A DNA stretch of 64,000 nucleotides from Blastocladiella emersonii ATCC 22665 (GCA_025594325.1 JANHCV010000002.1:496001-560000), one strand, 5' to 3'; numbered from the stretch's first letter, positions 31,803 to 44,747 are shown. The notes: generated by a model from the sequence alone, not told the origin. Translations and numbers: made by a program.

Positions 31803-34800
31803 TCACCGCGGCTGCTGCATCTGCTGCTGGCCCGGCGCGGGTCGCATGTACGCCTGGGAGAACGCTGGTGGTGCGCCGTACATGTGCTGCGGGTTGGACT
31901 GGGCGAGCTGCTGCTGGTGCGAGTACTGCTGCTCGCGGGCGGCCTCCTTCATCTTGCGCGCGTACTTGGACCGCTCGTCCTTCCACTCGCCGAACTGTTT
32001 CATGGGGATCTGTGTCACGTCGAACTTGGCCTGGTGCGCGCCGCCCGACCCGTGGCCCTCGTCGAGACCAACGATCTGGCGCGTCTTGCCCCTGTGAGAA
32101 GCGAGCGGCGGAGGCGTGGGTGAGTTTTCGCGATCAACACGAGAAAGAGATCGAGGAGAAAGAGAGAGATCGAGCGGCAGAGATGCGGGAGAGTTTTCGC
32201 GATCAACACGAGGAGAAAGGGATCGAGGGGAGAAAGATCGAGTGGGCGTACCACGAGAAGTCGTCAAAGTGCCAGAAAGCTACAGGAGAACGCGACGGTC
32301 GAGGACGGGTGTGAGTGCAAGGGTCGGCCGCAGGCAGCAGAGAGGGGCGGTGGCGGGCGTACCGTAGACGGGCAGGACAAAGTTCCAGATGGGGATCGCG
32401 AAGATGTACACGACCATCCAGAAGATGTAGATGAGCTTGCGCGTGGTGACGAGGATCAGGATGGCCTGGAGCAGGAACATGCACGCCATGAGGATGAGCG
32501 GCAGGATCACGTTCGGGTCGCCCATGGCGGCGCGGACGATGAGGTAGACGAGGAAGAGCAGCATGGCGGGGAGCGACAAGGTGGCCACGAGCTCGATTCC
32601 CACGACAAACTGCATCGAGAAGCAGAACGTGCCGCACAGCTGGCTCGCGGACACGAGCTTGTACAGGTTGTGGATGGTCGAGTTGATCCAGCGGCGACGC
32701 TGCGAGAGCAGGACCGAGAAGGTGTCGGGGACCTCGGTCTTGCACACGGCGCGCGGGACGAAGATGAGCTTGCGCTTGGGGAAGTGCGACAGCATGAGCG
32801 TGGTCAGGAACCGGTCCTCGCCGAGCAGCAGGAGGTTCTTCTCGTGCAGCGTCTCGACGTCGTTCTGCGAGTACTTTTCGACGATCTGCGGGCTGGCGAG
32901 GATAGGCACGAAGTACTTGCCCTTCTTGCCGTCGGGCGTCGTCTTCGGCGCGCGGATGCGGTACGCGCAGAAGCACCTGCCGCGCCGAGTTGAGTTGGTC
33001 AGTTTTCGGTGACGCGAGCGGTCGCACCCAGCAACGAACGTACCCAGGAAGACAGGTGACACCGCCGAAAATGGACTCGAAGGCCTACACGGGGTGACGG
33101 GCGATCGGGGTCAGTTCGAGTCGCGAGGCCGGCAAATCGACCCCTCGGCCTCCGCCGACCCCGGGACGAGTTGCCGGGCATCACCGGAGCCCAGAAAACC
33201 ATCGTACCTTGCCCAAATGGTGCGAAATATAGTACTCGAAGACCTGGATCATCGAGACCCACGACGCGCGCTTGTTGGCGATGCGGGTCTCGCCGCACAG
33301 GCCCATGATCGCCTCGTCCTTCTCAAACGCGGTGACCATGCGTCCGAGCGAGTCGGGGAGGACGAGGGTGTCGGCGTCGACCATGAGGACGATCTCGTAG
33401 ATGGTGGGGAACTTGCCGACGAGCCGGGCGACCTTATCCGAGAGGTCAAAGTCGAGCGGGGTCATGCGGTCGTTGAAGGAGAGGCGGTTGAGCCAGTGCA
33501 TGAGGATGAGCTGCGAGTCGCGTTTCCCGCGGTTGCCGGCCTTGGGCTTGCCCTGCTCCTCGGGGGTGCCGACCTTGTTGATGAGGACGAACGGCACCTT
33601 CTGGCCGTCGTACCGGTAGAACCCGGCGTGGACCTCGGCCATGTTGTGGCGCTTGGGCCCGTCGCCGATGGCCACGTACGAGTAGGGTTCCGGGTACGAC
33701 GGCATCCAGGGCGCGGGCTCGAGCATGTCCTTGACGATCTCGGGCGTCGACTTGGGCTGCCCGGCGCCCGTCACGTTGCCGTCGGCGATCACGAGCAGGA
33801 GCTTCTGGTGGTTGTTGTAGTGGGTCGCCGACAGGCTGTCGAGTGTGGTCTTGAGCCCCTTGCGGTCCTCGGAGTAGCACGTCACGAGGCAGATGACCCA
33901 CGCGTCCGGGTGCTTGTCGTCGAGCCGCCCGAGCTTGCGCGACAGGATCCAGTCGAAGAGCGTGGCCGAGACGAACTTGATGGCGATGAGCCCGAGCAGG
34001 ATCACCGAGATGATGATGGTCACGAGGTTGGACGTCAGGCACTCGACCGTGGTGCCGTCGAGCCGCCCGACGCGGAAGTGCACGTCGAGGCACGGCAGCA
34101 TGCGGCGGAGGTTGGGCGACCGCTCGATGGCGAGCGTCGCGTCGGTGCCCACGAGATCGAGCAGCTCCTTGTCGGCAATGTTGAGCACCTTGGACAGGAA
34201 CCGGTCGCCGGCGTTGCCGTCCGACAGGTAGTAGTTGAGCGTGTAGACGCGGCCCGAGTAGACAAACAGCTTGTTGGCCTTGACGTCCGTGATGTTGTCC
34301 CACGACCACGCCACGTCGAAACCCGTAAAGTGCTTCTCGAGCATCTGGTGCGCGGCCATGGTGACGTGGCACACGAGCGGGGCAGGGAGCTCGAGGCACT
34401 TGTCGACGGCGGGGTTGGCGGGGCAGCCCGTGATTTCGGGCGGGAGCGGGAACAGGGGCGTGATATCCTTGCCGAAGAACTGGGTGATGTTCGAGTCGAT
34501 GGCCTTGAGCTGCTCGTTGTCGAACGTGGACGTGGCCTTGGTCACGGCCACCTTGTGGTCGCCGTACCGCTGCATCGCGGCGATATCGTAGAGCCGGCCG
34601 CGGACGATCGCGTACGCGTTGGGCCCGGACGGCGTGGTGCCGAACTCCTGGTTGATGGTGTCGCGGAACAGCGGGCGGATCGGGCGGCACACGGCGGTCG
34701 AGAACCCGAACGTGAGGAACCCGACGACCGCCGACACGAGCAGGATGATGAAGCACAGGGCCATCTTTTCGCGCCACGCCTGGCGGACCTGGGCGTTCTC

Positions 34801-36118
34801 GAGACCAAACGCCTTCTGCAGGAGCACGCGCGGCGCCCAGAAGGTGACGGCGCGGGAGAACCACACCCAGCACTTGGACCGCTCGCCGGGTTTCGAGGTA
34901 TCGAGGTTGTTGAGGGCCTCGTTCATGGGCGCCATGGCGGCGGCCTGGTCGAACTTGGCCGTGGACCGCCGGTGCAGGGCCTTGCGGCGGGCCATGTCCT
35001 GGACCGCCACGTACTGGTTGGCCTGCTGCGTGGCCTGCGCGCCGGGCGTCATGTACGTGGCCTGGCCGGACCCGCCCTGCAGCTCGTTGAGCGGCACCAT
35101 GACGGACGTAAGGTCGTCGGACATGCGGTGCGGGTCGTTGTTGAGCGTGCCCGAGGATCCGGCGTGCATTGCCATCATGGGGCCGTACGGGTTGCCGGGC
35201 ATGGGTTGCGGCGCGGACCGCGGGAACGACTGCAGAGGCGGCTGCTGCTGCGCCGCCTGCTGCTTGTTGGGGTCGGCGGGCAGCGAGTTGAACCGCACGG
35301 GTTCAGGCACGACGGGCGTGCCGGGCGTGTGCGGGAGCGTCGCCGAGCGGACGGGCGTGGCGCCGGGCGGTGGTGGGCGGGCGAGCGCGGCCATAGCGGC
35401 GTTGGACCCGGCGGCGTGGGCAATGGCCTTGGCGTTCTTGCCGTCGGGCGCCGTGATGTTGGTGTCGGCGCCGGCGCGGAGGAGCGCGGCCACGACGGCG
35501 GCCTTGTCGGCGTGCGCCGCGAGCATGAGCGGGGTCCAGCCGAACTGGTCGACGAAATCGACGGGGAACCCGCGGCGCAGGAGCAGCTCGACGACGTCGG
35601 CCTGGCCCTCGGTGGCGGCCAGCGACATGGCCGTCTGCTCGGACGCGTTGCGCGCCAGGACCTGCGCGCCGCCCGCGTCGAGCAGCGTGCGGACGACCTG
35701 GATGTGGCCCGAGAAGGCCGCGATCATGAGCGGCGTGGTGCTGTCCTGCAGACGAGTCCAGGGAAGAACGGGTTAGCCGAGCGGGGCAGGGTGGCGCAGA
35801 CAGAGCGAGATGACGTACGGCATTGCCCTGGTCGACGGCAGCGCCGGCCTTGAGTAGGATCTCGACGCCGGCGAGGAAGCCCAGCGCGGCAGCGAGGTAG
35901 AGCGGCGACTGGCCCTCGTTGTCGGGGTCGTTGAGGCAGGCCGCGGTCTCGGTCGACAGCAGGTACTGGAGGACCTGGGTGCGGTTGTGGACGACGGCCG
36001 CGTGCAGCAGCGTGTGGCCGGCGATGCCCTCGCGCAGGCGCGGGTCGAAGAAGCCGCGCTCGGCCTGCAGCCCGGAGATGTCGCCGCGCTGGACCAGGTC
36101 GAACGGGGTGCCGGACAT
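31803..36118 (-). CDS. Division-2 (class IV-like) chitin synthase with N-terminal ankyrin repeats; five introns
   Basis: Ankyrin repeats ([34 protein letters not shown]), RQAWREK, cytochrome-b5-like region, [22 protein letters not shown]|[14 protein letters not shown]|[25 protein letters not shown]. Confidence 0.92.
32122..32241. repeat. Two-copy direct repeat (period 69 bp) in the last chitin synthase intron
   Basis: GAGTTTTCGCGATCAACACGAG at 32122 and 32191, each followed by similar GAGAAAG/GATCGAG tracts. Confidence 0.8.
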
Positions 36119-37275
36119 GGTGATGGTAATGGATGGGTAAGAGGGCGGGCGAGATGGGGGGAGGGGAGGGGCCGGTTGGTATCGGTTGGAGTAGGGTCGC
36201 CCGCTGTCAGCAGCGAGAGTGTGCTAGGAGAGGAGGAGGAGGGGGAGGTCTATACGCCGGCGGCGAGTGGACGGCGGCGGCGGCGGAGGTGTATCAGGTC
36301 TAGAGATGCTCTATGAGGGGTTGCGAGAGGGAGGAGTGGGAGAGCGAGGGATGCCGGGTTCCGAGTTGGTGGTCGTCGTAGTAGGCGATTCGGTCGGTCG
36401 GTCGTCGTCGCGGTGATGGTGCGTGATGCGGGCCGAGTTCCGTAGCGAAGCAAGCGAGCGACGAGCAGCGTGGAGAGCGAGGGCGGAGAGCGAGCGTAGC
36501 GGGCGTCCAAGGGTCAGTGGCGGTCGAGGCGAGGTGAAGCGGGCGCAAACAACGAGGCGGCGGCGGCGGCATCACGGCGCCGCTGGTGCGGAGCAGCGGC
36601 AGGAATAGGCCGGAATGAAACGCCCGCGTGCGCGCGTCACGCACGCAGAACGGCCCGTCCCTGCGCCGGTGGCCGCGGTCATCGTGGTCGCGATGGCAAC
36701 GTCGACGGCCACCAGGTGGGCCGCCCGCGCGCATGTGGGGCCGCCGCGACTGAGCCACCGCTGGGAGTCGACGAGGGTGGCCGTACATGGAAGGAGGTTG
36801 TGGGGCGGACGGAGCGCCGCGATGGGCGAGCAGCAAGAGTTGTGTTACAGCGACGATGTCGACGGCGAGGATTGTGGAGAAATGGCGACGTAGGCCACGA
36901 AGAGAGCGGGAGCGGAGACCGAAAGGGCGAGCCTCTGAAGCGCCGTCATTTTCGCCTGGACGCCACACACCAACGTGTTCGCGCCAAGCCGCCGCCACTA
37001 CGCTCGCTCTCTGATCCCCCGCACGCGGCGTCGCTGTGTCGTCATGAACGGGCTTTCGAGCTTGCGCTGGCCCCGCGCTGATCGAGTGAGTGCGTTCCCT
37101 TCGCCGCGCGTCAAGGTGGCGCAGCACCCACGCTCGCTTCCGTGATCCCGGCATGATCCGTCTGGTAGGTCACTGGCGAAGAACTTTTTCTATGAGCGAG
37201 AAGCGATTACACATGGGGTGGACTACAGGTGCTACTACATGATGATAAATAGACAGGGTGTGGTGATCGAGAGCG

Positions 37276-39381
37276 TTACTCGTCCCACGTCACGGACCGC
37301 GATGCCGACGGCCGGGCCTCGCGGCGCTCGAACGTGGACCGCGCGGGCTTGCCGTCGTGCTGGCGGGGCGAGAACTGGGTGCGGTTGGGCCGGTTGAACC
37401 CGCCCGACGATGTCCGGTGCGAGCTGCCGCTGCCGCCGAATGCTGGCCGGCGGAACCCATTACTACCGCCGCGCTGGTTGCTGCGCGGCTCCGAGAACGA
37501 CCCGCGCAGGGCCTGCGGGAGGTTCGGGACGTGGTCGAGGCCGAGCGACGTGACGAACCCCTCCATGTCGTGGCGGACCTCGTGGCCGTGGATGCCCGCG
37601 GCCTTGACCGTGTCCATCTGGCCCTGGTAGAAGCCGAGGTTGCCGAGGTACAGGTCCTCGAGCATGGTCTGGTCGAGCATGTTGGCGGCCTGGCGGACCG
37701 CGCCCGTCGCGGCCTCGACGTCCCACTCGATCTTGTCGCCGAACCCGGTCGCGACCACGTGGTTGTTGACGGCCACCTGCTCGAGCGGCAGCTCGGCGAG
37801 CCCGTTGAGGAACGCGCGCTCGAACGGCGCGAGGACCAGGAGTGCGGCGCCCTCGCGGCCGGCGCGGCCCGTGCGCCCGATCCGGTGCACGTACTGGTCG
37901 GGGCTGGTCGGCATGCCCATCTGGACGACCAGGTTGATGCCCGGGTAGTCGACGCCGCGCGCGGAGACGTCCGACGTGAACAGGATGCCCGACTTGGCGC
38001 GGCGGAACCGGTCCGAGATCTTGACGCGCTGGTCCTGCGACTTGCGCGAGTGGATCTCGAAGATGTGGCGGGCGTCGATGGCGCCCATCGGGTCGGGGAG
38101 CGCGAGGCTGGCGAGGTTGCGGAACAGCTGCGTGTACAGCTCGACGCTGCGGGTGGTCGGGAAGAAGACGATAGCCTTGAACTCGTGGTTGCGCGACTCG
38201 GCGGCAAACGCGCGCGCGAGCACGCTGTACAGGAGGTGCGGCTGCTGCTTGAGCGGGACCACGGCCTGCGACTGCTTGACGAGATGCACGGTGCTCACGT
38301 CGTCGGGCGAGATGGTGTTGACCACCTCGTACCCGGGCTTGAGCGTCGAGTCGACGAGCGCGCTCACGTTGGACGGGTAGGTCGCCGAGAAGAGCAGCGT
38401 CTGGCGGTCGCGGTTGATGTACTTGACAATCTCCTCAATGTCGTCCTTGAACCCGATCTCGAGCATGCGGTCGGCCTCGTCGAGGACCAGCGTCTCGACG
38501 CCCTTGAGGATGTCGCGCATCTTGGCGTCCGACTTGATCATGTCGAGCAGGCGGCCGGGCGTCCCGACAATGATATCGGTGCGGCGGCGCGTGAGGTCGC
38601 GCGACTGGCGCAGCTTGGACTCGCCGCCGACGAGCGTGTGCACGTCCATGCGCGCCTTGAACACGAGCTTCTTGGCCTCGGCGCCGATCTGCAGGGCGAG
38701 CTCGCGCGTGGGCGAGATGACGAGGACGCGCGCGGTGCGGCCCGTCTTGTCGATGCCGTTCTGGATGGCGCGGTTGACGGCGGGGACCAGGAACGCCAGC
38801 GTCTTGCCGGTGCCCGTCTTGGCCTGGACCACCAGGTCCTTGTCGAGCGGCATGCGCTGCGCAATGGCCGCCTGCACGGGCGTGCACATCTCGTAGCCGA
38901 AATCCTCGGCGAGCGCGCGGCGCACGGGCCGCACCAGGTCGTCGACGCTGCCCCACGCCGTGTCGGGCGTCGGCGTGTACTCGAACGGGCTCTTGAACGA
39001 GTCGAACTCGCCAATGGCCTTTTGCTGCGGCACGAACGCGCGCGGCTCGCGGCGCTCGAAGCCGCGGTCGCCGCCGGAGCGGTAACCCTCGGTGCGGTTG
39101 TTGGTGTTGCCGCCGTCGCGGTTCCAGAAGTCGCGGCGCGGGCGGTCCTCGCGGTCCCCACCGAAATCGCGGCGCGGGCGGTCGTCGCGGTTGCCAAAGT
39201 CGCGGCGCGGGCGGTCGTTGCGCTCGAACAGCGAGATGGGCGCGGTCGAGAAGGATCGCGGCATGGGGACCGCGGCGGCCATGGACCGGAAGCCCGCCGA
39301 CCGCGCGACGGCGAGGGCGGCCGCCGAGGTGGTGGCGGCGACGTGGTGCCGGGCGAGAATGGACGAGAGATTTGATAGCAT
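37276..39381 (-). CDS. mss116: Mitochondrial DEAD-box RNA helicase, Mss116/CYT-19-like
   Basis: Presequence-like N-terminus, three DRPRRDF repeats, motifs TPVQ, AKTGTGKT, PTRELA, TPGRL, DEAD, SAT, ARGVD and HRIGRTGR, basic C-terminal tail. Confidence 0.85.
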   Translation of the reverse strand: MLSNLSSILARHHVAATTSAAALAVARSAGFRSMAAAVPMPRSFSTAPISLFERNDRPRRDFGNRDDRPRRDFGGDREDRPRRDFWNRDGGNTNNRTEGYRSGGDRGFERREPRAFVPQQKAIGEFDSFKSPFEYTPTPDTAWGSVDDLVRPVRRALAEDFGYEMCTPVQAAIAQRMPLDKDLVVQAKTGTGKTLAFLVPAVNRAIQNGIDKTGRTARVLVISPTRELALQIGAEAKKLVFKARMDVHTLVGGESKLRQSRDLTRRRTDIIVGTPGRLLDMIKSDAKMRDILKGVETLVLDEADRMLEIGFKDDIEEIVKYINRDRQTLLFSATYPSNVSALVDSTLKPGYEVVNTISPDDVSTVHLVKQSQAVVPLKQQPHLLYSVLARAFAAESRNHEFKAIVFFPTTRSVELYTQLFRNLASLALPDPMGAIDARHIFEIHSRKSQDQRVKISDRFRRAKSGILFTSDVSARGVDYPGINLVVQMGMPTSPDQYVHRIGRTGRAGREGAALLVLAPFERAFLNGLAELPLEQVAVNNHVVATGFGDKIEWDVEAATGAVRQAANMLDQTMLEDLYLGNLGFYQGQMDTVKAAGIHGHEVRHDMEGFVTSLGLDHVPNLPQALRGSFSEPRSNQRGGSNGFRRPAFGGSGSSHRTSSGGFNRPNRTQFSPRQHDGKPARSTFERREARPSASRSVTWDE

Positions 39382-39665
39382 GGTGGTGGGTTGATTCGTC
39401 CGTTGGCAGGTAAGCCTTTTTTCTCTCGCTGGCCAAAGAGGAGGCGCGCGCCCAGCCAGGCCAGCCAGCACGACACGACCCGACGCGCGCGGCCGCACAA
39501 CAAGGCGCGTTGATGTCAGCGTCACGTGGGGAGGCATGCCGGCGTTGCCGCGAGACGCGGTCACCTGACGCGCTGCAGTTAGTGGCGCAATGCGTGCGGA
39601 CGCCACGGCGGGCAGGGATGCTCCGCCCTCGCCCTCTAGACCATGCAACTGACCCTCACGACTCT

Positions 39666-41682
39666 ATGAAACCCGCCATGAACGCACCGGGGACCCCCGC
39701 CACGCCGTCGCCCGCGACGTCCGCGACGCCGTGGTTCCGCCAGGTCGCGAAGCTGACGGCCGGCGCGAGCGGCGCCGCCGGCGAGGAGGTGCTCGGCACG
39801 CTGCTGGGCGCGCTCGTCGCGGGACGGCACTGTATCTTCCACGTCGCCCCGCCACGATCATCGGCGGTGGAAAACCCGCCCGCGAGTCCGCGCGACGCGG
39901 CTGGAGCGGCTTCGAGTCCGTCCGCCGACTCGGTCGCCGCCGTCCTCGACAGCCTCGTCTCCGCGATCGACCAGGTCGCGACGCAGGTGCTCCACGCCAC
40001 GTCGGTCCGCGTCAACGTCGCGCACGGCCGCTCGCACCAGCACCAGTTCCACCATCACGGTCACGCCCACCACGCGAATGCGAGCCAGTCGTTCCGCGCA
40101 TCACACGCCTCAGGCTCCCTCGCCGCGCAGACTGCGTCGCCACCGGGCTCGGCAGGCCTCCCGCGCGGCTCGCTCGCGAGCGCCGCGGCCCTAACGGCTT
40201 ACTCGTACACCGAGGGCATGATCCCGCCGCACATCCCCGACTCGACCGCCGGCACCTCGTCGCTATCGACCGCGCGACCGCCGCCGCCCATTCCGCCGCC
40301 GCCACCGCACTCGGCGTCAGCGCTCGGCAATGCGGCGACGGCGCTCGACTCGTCCGCCATCATGCTGACCTCGTCGATCCCGCTGTCGCGGTGGGCCGCG
40401 GTTCCGCCGGCGATCCAGTTCCAGGCGTGTCTGTTCCACTCGCCCACCATGACGCAGGGCAGCAGCTCGCTCGGCGGCGAGGACCTGGCGCCACAGGGCG
40501 GTGCGCGGTCGCTCGCGCGGCACTTTACCGAGGACACCATTTTCTCTCCCTCCTCCCCACTCGGCCCGCGGCCGTCCCCGTTCCCCGAAGTCGCCGCAAG
40601 GCAGCAGCAGCACGGCGGCGGTGGGTCCGGGAGCATGTCGCACACGATGCCGCACTCGTCGTCGCGGCGACGGCCGCCCGACGCGATCGACGAGGTGCCT
40701 GGCGGCACCGGCGACTCCGTCGCGTCGCGCCACCGCGGCATCGCCGCTGCAGCCGCGTCCGGGCACGCGGGGACCAACAGCGGCGACTCGTACGGGCGCA
40801 GCCCGCGGCAGCACCTGATCAACAGCCGGCGCAGCGTCGCCATGGCGGCTGCCGCGGCCGCAGCCGCCGGCGCTGGCGGTGACGCCGGCCTGCTCACGTC
40901 TTCGGCGAGTTTGACGCACGCGCGCAAGGCGCTGGCCAATTTCCCCGTGATCGTGTGGGACGCGAGCGAAGGAGCCGATGCCGAGGCCGGGATCCCGGAC
41001 GTGGTGCAGGAGACCATAGTCGAGATTCTGACCCGCCGGTCCGTGTTTGACGGGAAGCAGCAGCACCACCTGCCGCGCCCGTTCATGTTCGTCGTCGTGG
41101 TCGTGATGCCGCCCGCCGGCGCGGGCGCGGTGGCGCCGACGCATTACATGTGGCCGCACCTGGTACGTTTCGGCATCCCGGCTCGCGCGTAACACGACTA
41201 ACCAACGACGAGGCATGTAGCTCAGCTCGTTCCTCCTCTCCACGACCCTCGACCGCGCGCTCCCGCCGAGCCTGTTCGCCTCTCCCGTCCCCAAGTCCCT
41301 CGCCCTAAAACTTCACGCGCTCGAGTCCATGACGCACTTCCTCCCGCGCATCCACATCCACGCGGACCTGCGGCGGTACCTGCGCGACCTGGTCATCTCG
41401 CTGCGCACGCACCCGGGCGGGCTCACGGTGCCCGCGGTCGTCCAGCACGACGTGCAGCTCGCGCTTGCGGCCATCTCAACTCTGTACGGACACGCGTTTG
41501 GAACGCCCGAGACGATCGCGTGGATCGCGCCCCGGGTGCTTAGGCACCGGTGTCTCCCCGCGCGGCACGGAAGCGCGGGGCGCGGTGTGCCGACGGCAGC
41601 GGCGGGGGCGGGGGCGGAGGGGTTGGGGCGCGGCATGGTCGCGGTGCTCGAGGCGCTGGACCGGGTGCCGCTGCCCGTGTAA
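39666..41682 (+). CDS. Low-complexity protein with a C-terminal AAA-lid-like domain (possibly Mtc2-like); intron 41163-41220
   Basis: Spliced C-terminus RIHIHADLRRYLRDLVISLRTH...FGTPETIAWIAPRVLRHR resembles MoxR/ChlI-type lid helices; no intact P-loop seen. Confidence 0.5.
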
Positions 41683-42269
41683 CAAAATGTATAGATTTGA
41701 CCGCTTCCTGTGTGTGATCCATTGTTCGGCACGGAGAGAAGGCGACTGCGAGACAGACACGTTGCCGCAGGTGCGAGACGCGACGCGGGGTCGCCAGTTA
41801 CGCGCTGAATTCGTCCGCGTGACCCACGCGACGCGTCGCGCCCGCGTCGCTGTGCCGTGCCGCCGCCGCGATCCGCCCTCACACCTTTGACGCTTCCCGC
41901 CGCATATCGCTCGCGCACTTCACGCAACGCAACGAGTCCACTCAACCGCGCCGGCGCGAGCACCTCTCGTTCGCCCGCGGGAAACCCATGAATCAGCGCC
42001 GCTCGTCGTCGCGGGCATCCCCAACGCGGCGTCGCTCGTAAAACACTCAACAACATCCGGCCTCCGAGAGAGAGAGGAGGCACCTCGACTTTCCGAAAAC
42101 GACCGCCAAACTGTCGCTGTCACGGACCTCGTTCACCCCCGCCGGGTCGCGCCAGCACACGGCGCGCGGGAGCGCCGGCGCCGGCGGCGGTGGCGGGGGT
42201 AGCAACGGAAGCGTGGGCGGTAGTGGCGCCGGCCCGGGTCCCGGCCCTGGCGGCGGCAACGGCGGCGGG

Positions 42270-44677
42270 ATGCTGACGACGAGTTCGTCGGCGGACCTGC
42301 AGTACTACAACCAGCCGATCCAGCACACGCGGGGCGACGACAAGTCCGGCTTGGCGTCGCGGTACGACATGGGGAGCAAGCTCGGCAAGGGCGCGTTCGG
42401 GACCGTGCGGCTCGTCACGGACAAGGCGACGCGCGAGGTGTTTGCGTGCAAGACGATCCACAAGCGCGCCAAGAACGGCGCCAGCATGGACCAGATCACG
42501 CGCGAGATCGACATCATGAAGAAAATACGCCACCGCCACGTCGTCCTCCTGCGCGAGGTGTACGAGACGCCGCAGAAGGTGTACATTATCATGGAGTAGT
42601 GCGTATCGTGGCTCGGTCCTGGCGGGATGCCCGTGCTGACGCGTACCCGTGTCCCGTAGCTGCAACGGCGGCGAGCTCGTGAAAAAGGTCCAGACCGCGG
42701 GCAACATTGACGAAAAGGACCTCAAGCTCGTCATTAAGCGCCTGGCCAGCGTCATTGGTGCGTGGCCACCGTCCGTCCGCGCGTTCTCGGCTGCCCTCCC
42801 ACTCACCTTCGCGTCCGGCCCGCATAGGCTACCTCCACGACCACGGCATCGTGCACCGCGACATCAAGCCAGAAAACATCCTGCTGTCCACGTCCGACCC
42901 CGACGACCCGTACAACATCAAGGTGTCCGATTTTGGCCTCGCCGCGTTCACGGGCGGCGGCAAGCTCATGGAGAACGTGTGCGGGACGCCGCTCTACATG
43001 GGTACGATCTTCCTCGGACCGCGTGGTTTGAGCGGGGACTGACACGTCAGTGTAGCGCCCGAGGTCGTGGCCGGGCTCGGGTACAGCCAACAGTGCGACA
43101 TCTGGAGTATCGGGATCATGACCGGCCTGCTGTACGCCCCCCTCTCCGGCTTTTCACCACGACTGTGCTGACCACGCGTACCGTAGGCTGTGCAACTACA
43201 CGAAGCGAGCCGAAGCCGCGCTGCGCGAGATGGTGCTCGAGGGCCAGATCCAGATCGGGCACGAGATGTGGGACGAGTGCTCGCCCGCTGGTACGCGCGC
43301 TCGCTGATGGCCGCCGTGATCCCGCCCGCTGAACCGCGCCTGTCGCCCCTCGTAGCACGAAATTTCATCGAGAAGATGCTCCAGGTCGACCCGGCGCAGC
43401 GGATATCGGCCAAGGAGATTCTCATCCACCCGTGGATCACGGTACGCTCGCCCGCCCGTCCCGCCCTCCCTTCCCGCGGCTAACGCAACGCAACGCAGGG
43501 CGAGAAACTCGAGGCCCAGACCGTCCTCGAGATGATGCGCAGCTACCGCGCCGAGCAGCGGTGGAAGAAAGCCTACCACGTGGTCGTGGCCGCGCGCCGG
43601 TTCATGATGGCGCTGCGCGGGCCCAACTACACCTCGTCGTCGTCGGGGTCGCCGACGGCCGCCACGTCGCTCGAGCGCATCTCGGGCGGCAGCGGCGGGT
43701 CCGCCCCCTCGACGCGCGGCGGCAGCGGAGGGTCGCACCGGTCGGGCTCCTCGCTCGCGGCCGCCGCCGCCGCCTCGCCCGGCTCCTTTCACCACTACCA
43801 GCAGCAGCACCACAACGGCGGAGGCGGCGGCGCCGGGCATCATCACGCGGCGTCCGTCTCGGGCTCCTCTGCTCCCAATTCCGGGAACGGTGGCGGGCCG
43901 TCTACCCCGACGGGCAAGCGCGGGAGCAGCGGCGGGTCGGGCGGGTCCAGCAAGCTCGCGCCCAGCAGCACCGGCGGCGGGGCCAGCAGTATCCCCACGG
44001 TCCTCTCGTCGCCGTCGCTCCACCAGCCCGAGTCTGCTGCGCCCGGGCCCGGATCGACGACCGTCTCGCGCGGCGGCAGCGGCGGGTCCATGACGGGCGT
44101 ATCCACCTCCAGCTCCTCCTCGTCCGGAAGTGCAGGCAAGTCGAAACCCGTGCCCATCCCGACCCTCTCCATGAGCCCAAGCCCATCGTGCTCCGCCGGC
44201 GGCGGCATGGCCGCGGGCCCGCCGTCCCCGTCGCTCGCGACGTCCGCCTCAACCCTGCCCCGCCCCCGCTCGCGACATGAAGGCGGCGCGTCCGCGACCT
44301 CCCTCGGCGCGTCGCCGCACGGCTCGCCGCACGGGTCGACGGACAACCTGATCGCCGCGTCGCTCTCGCCGTCGTCGCCCGTGCGCCGCGCGAGCCTGCA
44401 GGGGAGCAAGCGGCGGCCGCTCGCGCCGATCCCGGCGTCCGCGACCGCGTCCAATGCGTCGTCGACGTGCGGGCTCTCGTCCTCGCCCTCCCCCTCCTCC
44501 GCGGCGTCCGCGGCCGCTGCCATGGCCGCGGTGGCCGCGGCGATCGTCGTCGAGGGCACGCTGGGCCCGGGCAGCGGGCCGGGGACGCCCGCGGGACTCA
44601 GCTCCCCCGCGTTGTCGTCGGGCCACGCGACGCCGAAGCGGGCGGGCGGTGGCGGCGGCAGGATGCAGCCCGGTTGA
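42270..44677 (+). CDS. CAMK-group Ser/Thr kinase, STK33-like; six introns; start uncertain
   Basis: [25 protein letters not shown]|[15 protein letters not shown] and TVLEMM, as I recall them from STK33; Ser/Gly-rich tail. Confidence 0.85.
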
Positions 44678-44747
44678 GAAACTTGCACGCGGTATCCCAG
44701 TCGTCGTATGAAAAGGCTTTTAATAAGAATACATCAATCTCTCTGCC

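Noticed and set aside
36300-37154. 284 aa ORF upstream of the chitin synthase
   Set aside because: No motifs or coding-like codon pattern; more likely promoter or 5' UTR sequence.
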